A DNA stretch of 64,000 bases from Eledone cirrhosa. Lineage: Eukaryota. How positions within the stretch are numbered: the first letter of the stretch is position 1; each line of letters opens with the position of its first letter. The stretch covers positions 247,690,001 to 247,754,000 of the forward strand of contig OZ024742.1 in assembly GCA_964016885.1 (NCBI GenBank), in the 5' to 3' direction. Below the pieces are notes generated by a model. That model was not told where the DNA came from, searched no databases, and worked only from the letters and a program-made list of their open reading frames with translations. Both the position numbers and the translations under genes were made by a program. Below are positions 58,654 through 64,000 of the stretch, piece by piece.

Positions 58654-59275
58654 CGGGTAAAATTCCAGAGATCCGTGGACGATTTCTCTCCAGCGGTCTC
58701 TATCCCTCATCATCGCTGCCATGTCCTGCGTCTCCAAGAGACCAGTGTCTCTCCTTAGGGCATGAACATGTCAACCTCGGTCTTCCTCTTGCAGTGTGTC
58801 CATGGAGGGGTTCCCACAGGAGCACTGAGTGTAGTGTCAACTATGGATGTCGGCGAGCATGTCCAGCTAACCTCAGTCTCCTTTGTGCTACTCTTCAGCT
58901 GACATTTGGGAGGCTCCCGTACAGCTCTGAGGTTCTTCATCCTCAGTGTATATAGAATAATGTTCAGAGCCATGCTCATCATTCTTGTGAAGCATCCATC
59001 CACCATCTGTGCGAGAGTTTCTTGGTCAGTGTCCAAGTCTCAGACCCGTAGAGCCTCACAGACTCCACTACAGCAACGAAGAGACGGATCTTTAGGTCTG
59101 TACGAAGTTCCGATTTCCACACCATTCTCAAAGTGTGGCACGCCACCCAGGCAATGCTCTTCCTCTCGAGCACATCATCTTCTGTATTCCCAATCTTTGC
59201 TCCCAGATACAGGAAGTCCTCAACCAATTCTAGCGGCTTCCCACCTATATTAGTAATCTTCGTTGGCTTCTTAAT
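58651..59275 (-). mobile_element. RTE-clade LINE 3' fragment with (TA)n tail
   Basis: VEDFLYLGAKI...LKIRLFVAVVESVRLYGSETWTLTKKL, DGCFTRM..MALNI and RRLKLAGH motifs. Confidence 0.8.
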
Positions 59276-59279
59276 AGGT

Positions 59280-59460
59280 AATCAGTACAAAGCAGAGTAT
59301 GATTATTTAACGTAGAAAAGGCTTCTACAGGACTAGAACTGTTAAATTCAGGAGATGATTTCTCCCGAATGAAACAGTAGAAGCCTTTTCTACATTAAAT
59401 ATTCATACTCTGCTTTGTATTGAGTACCTTTCTGTGGTTAGCCCAGATTGAACCCGGGAT
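59280..59460. mobile_element. Family C fold-back element
   Basis: TACAAAGCAGAGTATGA...GTAGAAAAGGCTTCTAC vs GTAGAAGCCTTTTCTAC...TCATACTCTGCTTTGTA; central GATGATTTCTCCCGAATGAAAC; tail shared with 32160-32230. Confidence 0.75.
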
Positions 59461-59517
59461 AAACTTACATATATAAATACATATATAAATACATATATAA
59501 ATATATATATATATATG

Positions 59518-59960
59518 ATAAGCAACCAGAAATAACAAAGCAAACGACACAGTATAATGAAGAAATATATTATTATTTTTACGCTTGCTATAGTAAGAAA
59601 AGTGTCTTAACATCTCGGGCGCTATTCCATCATCAGAAAATAGAATGAGAAATTAAAGATGAAATAGAAAGATAGAGGAGAGTGGGAAGTGGTAGAAACG
59701 AAATGGCTGGAGGAAAAGACGTGAGGTGATGGTGAGAAGAGGCGAAAATACACGGGTAGGGAGTAGAGTAAGATGGGTTGGAAACAGATTACGGATGAAA
59801 GAGAAATACAGGGGTGAAAGAGAAATAAAATGGTGAAATGGAGATGGTGAGAAGGGAGTAGTCGAATGTGGAGGAAAACTGGTAGTGAGTCGTGGTATAT
59901 TGGTATAAAGCAAAACGCAATCAGATATCTAGTTATCCGAAAAGATATCCAAGTAGCGTT
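59518..59960 (-). mobile_element. PLE-type 3' region with minimal hammerhead-like core
   Basis: Minus-strand CTGATGATGGAATAGCGCCCGAGAT at 59612-59636; homologous to 7050-7262. Confidence 0.55.
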
Positions 59961-60336
59961 CAAATCCGACACTAGTATATGCAGGATAGAGCAGTCGAAG
60001 AAGTATTCGTATAGGCCTGTGTATTCTAGATCATTAGTATAACAATAAAGTAGAAGTCAGTAGGTTAGAATTTATGCTCGTCACTACTACTATGTATTCT
60101 CAGCAATTCCAGTGGGTAGCCAAAGCCATTGTCAATTGTTTTCTCTCAGCTACCGCTGGAAAAAGATATCGTTGGTTATTATGAGTGTTTATGAGGGCGT
60201 TTGTTTGCAAACAAACTGAATATTAATAATATCATGATGTTATTATTATTATTGAGTCTCAGTCATTGATGTTATTCATCTGGAAAGTTTGTTCAAATAA
60301 CATTAAGCCTCTACCTGCATCCTCAGATATTCAGGA

Positions 60337-60395
<59 letters not shown>

Positions 60396-61842
60396 TGTAT
60401 GTGTATGTGATTCAATGAATTACTGGTGGTGGTACAAAAAAAAAATACTTGATACAAGCAGAGTGTATATATTACGAAAAACGATGATGTTTCGTTTATA
60501 TGTATTGGATTTTTTTTTATTGTGTATCGACCTATTACTCGAGTTTTGAAAGGGATTACTTCAAGTTCGCCCATAGAAACTATAGACCCTTTTCCATTAT
60601 CGATCTGCTTTTCAGACTGTTGATTCAATTGTATTTTTTTAATAATCCCATCTCATCTTTGCCGATTTTCCGATCGAAGCAAGGTAACAAGTTTATGCCC
60701 AAGATTTCGCTCCAAATTCACTATTTGTATTTCAGATGTTGTCCTATGTCCACTGTATCTTTTAAGTATGCCTATAAAGTTAATAGTTTTCTGTCTTACG
60801 GTTTATCTGCCCGTTTATTGGCTGTCGTAACTCCCGATGTGAGACTATTTCTTCAATTACACCTGCAAACTGTAATTTTTCAGTTAATTCTATGATAGCT
60901 TGGCATTTCTAGTTGCTTTCAATATTACTAATTATAGGAGCATCAGGAATGATAGAAATAAGAACATAGAAATAAGAACAGAAAATGTTAGAATTGTTTA
61001 GCATCACTGAAAACACGGCAAAAAGCTATTTTAAAAGATGCGAGAAGAAAACTATCACTGTGAGAACGATAACCATCCATGTAATATTATTTTGTAACAA
61101 CTTTATTTGATTATTTTACATAATTATATACATTGTAAATAATCGAGAAATCTTACATGATTGATAATAATGCTGTTTAAATAATCAGTTTAACCCGATA
61201 ATGTGCACATGTATAAAACAAATGATGTACTTGTTACTCTGTAAAGTACGTGACGTGAACAATCTGGTGTGTTTATTTTTGTGGTTCATCAATATATGGC
61301 AATGAGTTACTCTGCCTTAAATGTCGGGAAGACACTCCACAGGAAATGGAAACAAAACTGTCCGGCTGCAATCTACAGGCGTATTCTAAGGGAAGGTCCA
61401 ATTACTCGGACCATGCTCACACCATACGGGCTGAAAAACAGAACTTTCCTTTCTAACTGATATGCCTCTTTTCAATCGCGACGTGTGCAATACAATCTTA
61501 TTCTCTATAACCAGTAGGCGGAAAAACACTGACTAAAGGAAAATGGTGGAGAATAATAAGAGATTCAAATTTAGGCACAAGAGAGTGTAATTTATATAGA
61601 CTCGAGAGTTTAACTGGAATTTTATTTTATCGATGCTGGCAAGATGAGAGAGTCTATTTACCACCGTGGGATTTGAACTGGGGATGTAAATACTCGCTTA
61701 AATACCGAAAAGAATAGGCTCGATATTCTATCAATTCTGCCAAACCACTGGCATTTATATTTAAATATATGTACACACAAACACGTAGACACACACACAT
61801 TCAGCCACACACACGCACACTCATTCACACACACACACACAG

Positions 61843-61882
<40 letters not shown>

Positions 61883-62560
61883 GATTATATATTTATTTAT
61901 ACGAATACATTTATTTACACCAAAATAAGAGATAGTTATAGACTCACATATATACACATACACCGCTCTAAATATATGTATATGTATGTATATAACGATC
62001 ACCCGTTTTAATGTATGTGTTTATATATAGAAAGAGAAAGAGAGAGAGAGAGGGGGGAGCAATATATATATATGTATTCGTATGTATGTATGCATACACA
62101 CACATATATATGTGTATATATATATATATATTTATATATATACGTATGTATATATATATATATTAATATATATGTGTTTGTATGTATGTATGTGTGTCTG
62201 TGTCTGTCTGACTATATGTGTGCTCACGCACGTGTGCGTGCTTATAGAGAACGCCCCACTTGCTCTGCTGACGTCAGGCTACGTTAGAATCAGCTTAATC
62301 TTAAACATGAATCTTAATCTCTGGAAGGTAAAAAAAAAACGACAATAATAACAGCGACAACGACAATAAACTGAATGAGAACAACAACCACAATAACAGT
62401 AATAATGACAACAACAACTGCAACTATAACAGTTACAAGCACAAAGAAGACAGCAACATCGAGAACAAGAATAACAGAGACAAACGATAGTTATAAAAAC
62501 ACAGTAAAACCCATATACATAAACACAGACTCTCTCTCTCTCTCTCTCTCACTCTCTCTT

Positions 62561-62602
<42 letters not shown>

Positions 62603-62645
62603 AGCATTCAGAAATACATACATACACACACTCACATATAGATAT

Positions 62646-62718
<73 letters not shown>

Positions 62719-63239
62719 CATAAATGCACACTGACACAGATACAAGGCTCCCACATATATACGTAGGCTCCCACATATATACACACATACACGTTCGTAC
62801 CCACACCAATCTTAGATAAATGTAAGTCCTTAGTCTGCATATTAGTTTCTGGGACTCTACTGCAGTGTGTGTATGTGTGTGTATGCGTGTGTGTATGTGT
62901 GTGTGTGTGTGTGTGTGTGAGTATGTGCGCTTGTGTGTGTGCGTCTCTCTATCTTCGCCAATTTCAGATTTCCAGTAACAAATGTTTTTTTTTATTTATT
63001 ATATTTGTGAATGAATTAACTAACTTCGAGGTTTTGCTATACTAACATATCTCTACCACTATCACCTTCTCTCACGATGCCAATACATATATGACTAAAG
63101 AGACCATTTCAATGTCCATTGTACAGTGCAAGTTGCACCAAAACTAATGTCCAAATTATGCCTGGACTAAATGGCTACACAGGATAGGCAACATATATAT
63201 GTATACATATGTATATATCTGTGTGTATGTACATATATA

Positions 63240-63295
<56 letters not shown>

Positions 63296-63301
<6 letters not shown>

Positions 63302-64000
63302 AAATATGAGAATAAACGTGCTGCGTGGTTGCTAATGGGTTACATATGAATAAAGTTAATCCTTCATCAGTGATCTTCCAACCATCATTGGTATTTCATC
63401 GCATTAAAGACCATATACCCCCGGTTGGTGGGAGCAACGGCTAAAAAACGTCGTTGGGACACGTAAATAAAGGGGACACGAGTGTAAACAAACAAAGATG
63501 GTGAAGCAACGAAAAGTGAGGAAGATGGAGTCAAGTCCCAAATTTCTATGAATTTAAATTCGGTGAAATCGTGAACGAGAGAGAATAAAAACCATCAAAC
63601 CTGGTTAGAATGTGGACAAGGAAGGAATTCCGTACAGGTCTAACGGGAGGAAGAAGGGATCTAGTCTGTGAATTCGGTGAACGTAAGTTCTGTGAAATCG
63701 TAGACGAGAGAGAGAAAAAAAGCGAACTGCCAGACCAAAGGTGCGAAAGAAAAGAATTACGCACAGGTCAAACGGGAAGAAGGAGGAGGAGGAGAGGTAG
63801 TAACAGAGAATGAGTGAGTGAAGGGTGAGGAAGAGGCTAACAGAGAGAGTGACTGCTAGAGAGGGTAAAGATACAGAGAAAGAGCAAGCAGTAAGAACGA
63901 AATAGACGGGTAACAGCTGGGAAAAAAATATGTGTAAATATGAGAATAAACGTGTTGTGTGGTTGCTAATGGGTTACATATGAATAAAGTTAGTCCTTCA
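63296..64000. repeat. Dispersed ~635-bp repeat, copy 2, followed by the start of a tandem unit
   Basis: GTGTAAATATGAGAATAAACGTG...AAAGTTA(A/G)TCCTTCA at about 63298 and again at about 63932; homologous to 2797-3445. Confidence 0.85.

Overview
AT-rich, microsatellite-saturated animal non-coding DNA. The SINE family and repeat landscape suggest a coleoid cephalopod such as Octopus (inference). No intact host gene is recognisable, and nearly all ORFs in the supplied track are (TA)n/(CA)n/trinucleotide artefacts. Supported content: (1) a decayed L1/Tx1-clade LINE (about 18.3-22.4 kb, minus strand) plus two older fragments; (2) RTE-clade pieces and a CRE-like piece; (3) at least three Penelope-like element (PLE) GIY-YIG 3' remnants; (4) three non-autonomous Helitrons; (5) about 15 copies of a tRNA-derived SINE, several nested with target-site duplications; (6) minisatellites. 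The most striking signal is a dense set of short elements embedded in (TA)n that carry hammerhead-ribozyme-like cores (CTGAnGA-stem-GAAA). They occur as fold-back palindromes or with direct terminal repeats, and in several families the fold-back point falls in or near the ribozyme core. Coordinates were read by eye and may be off by a few bases.
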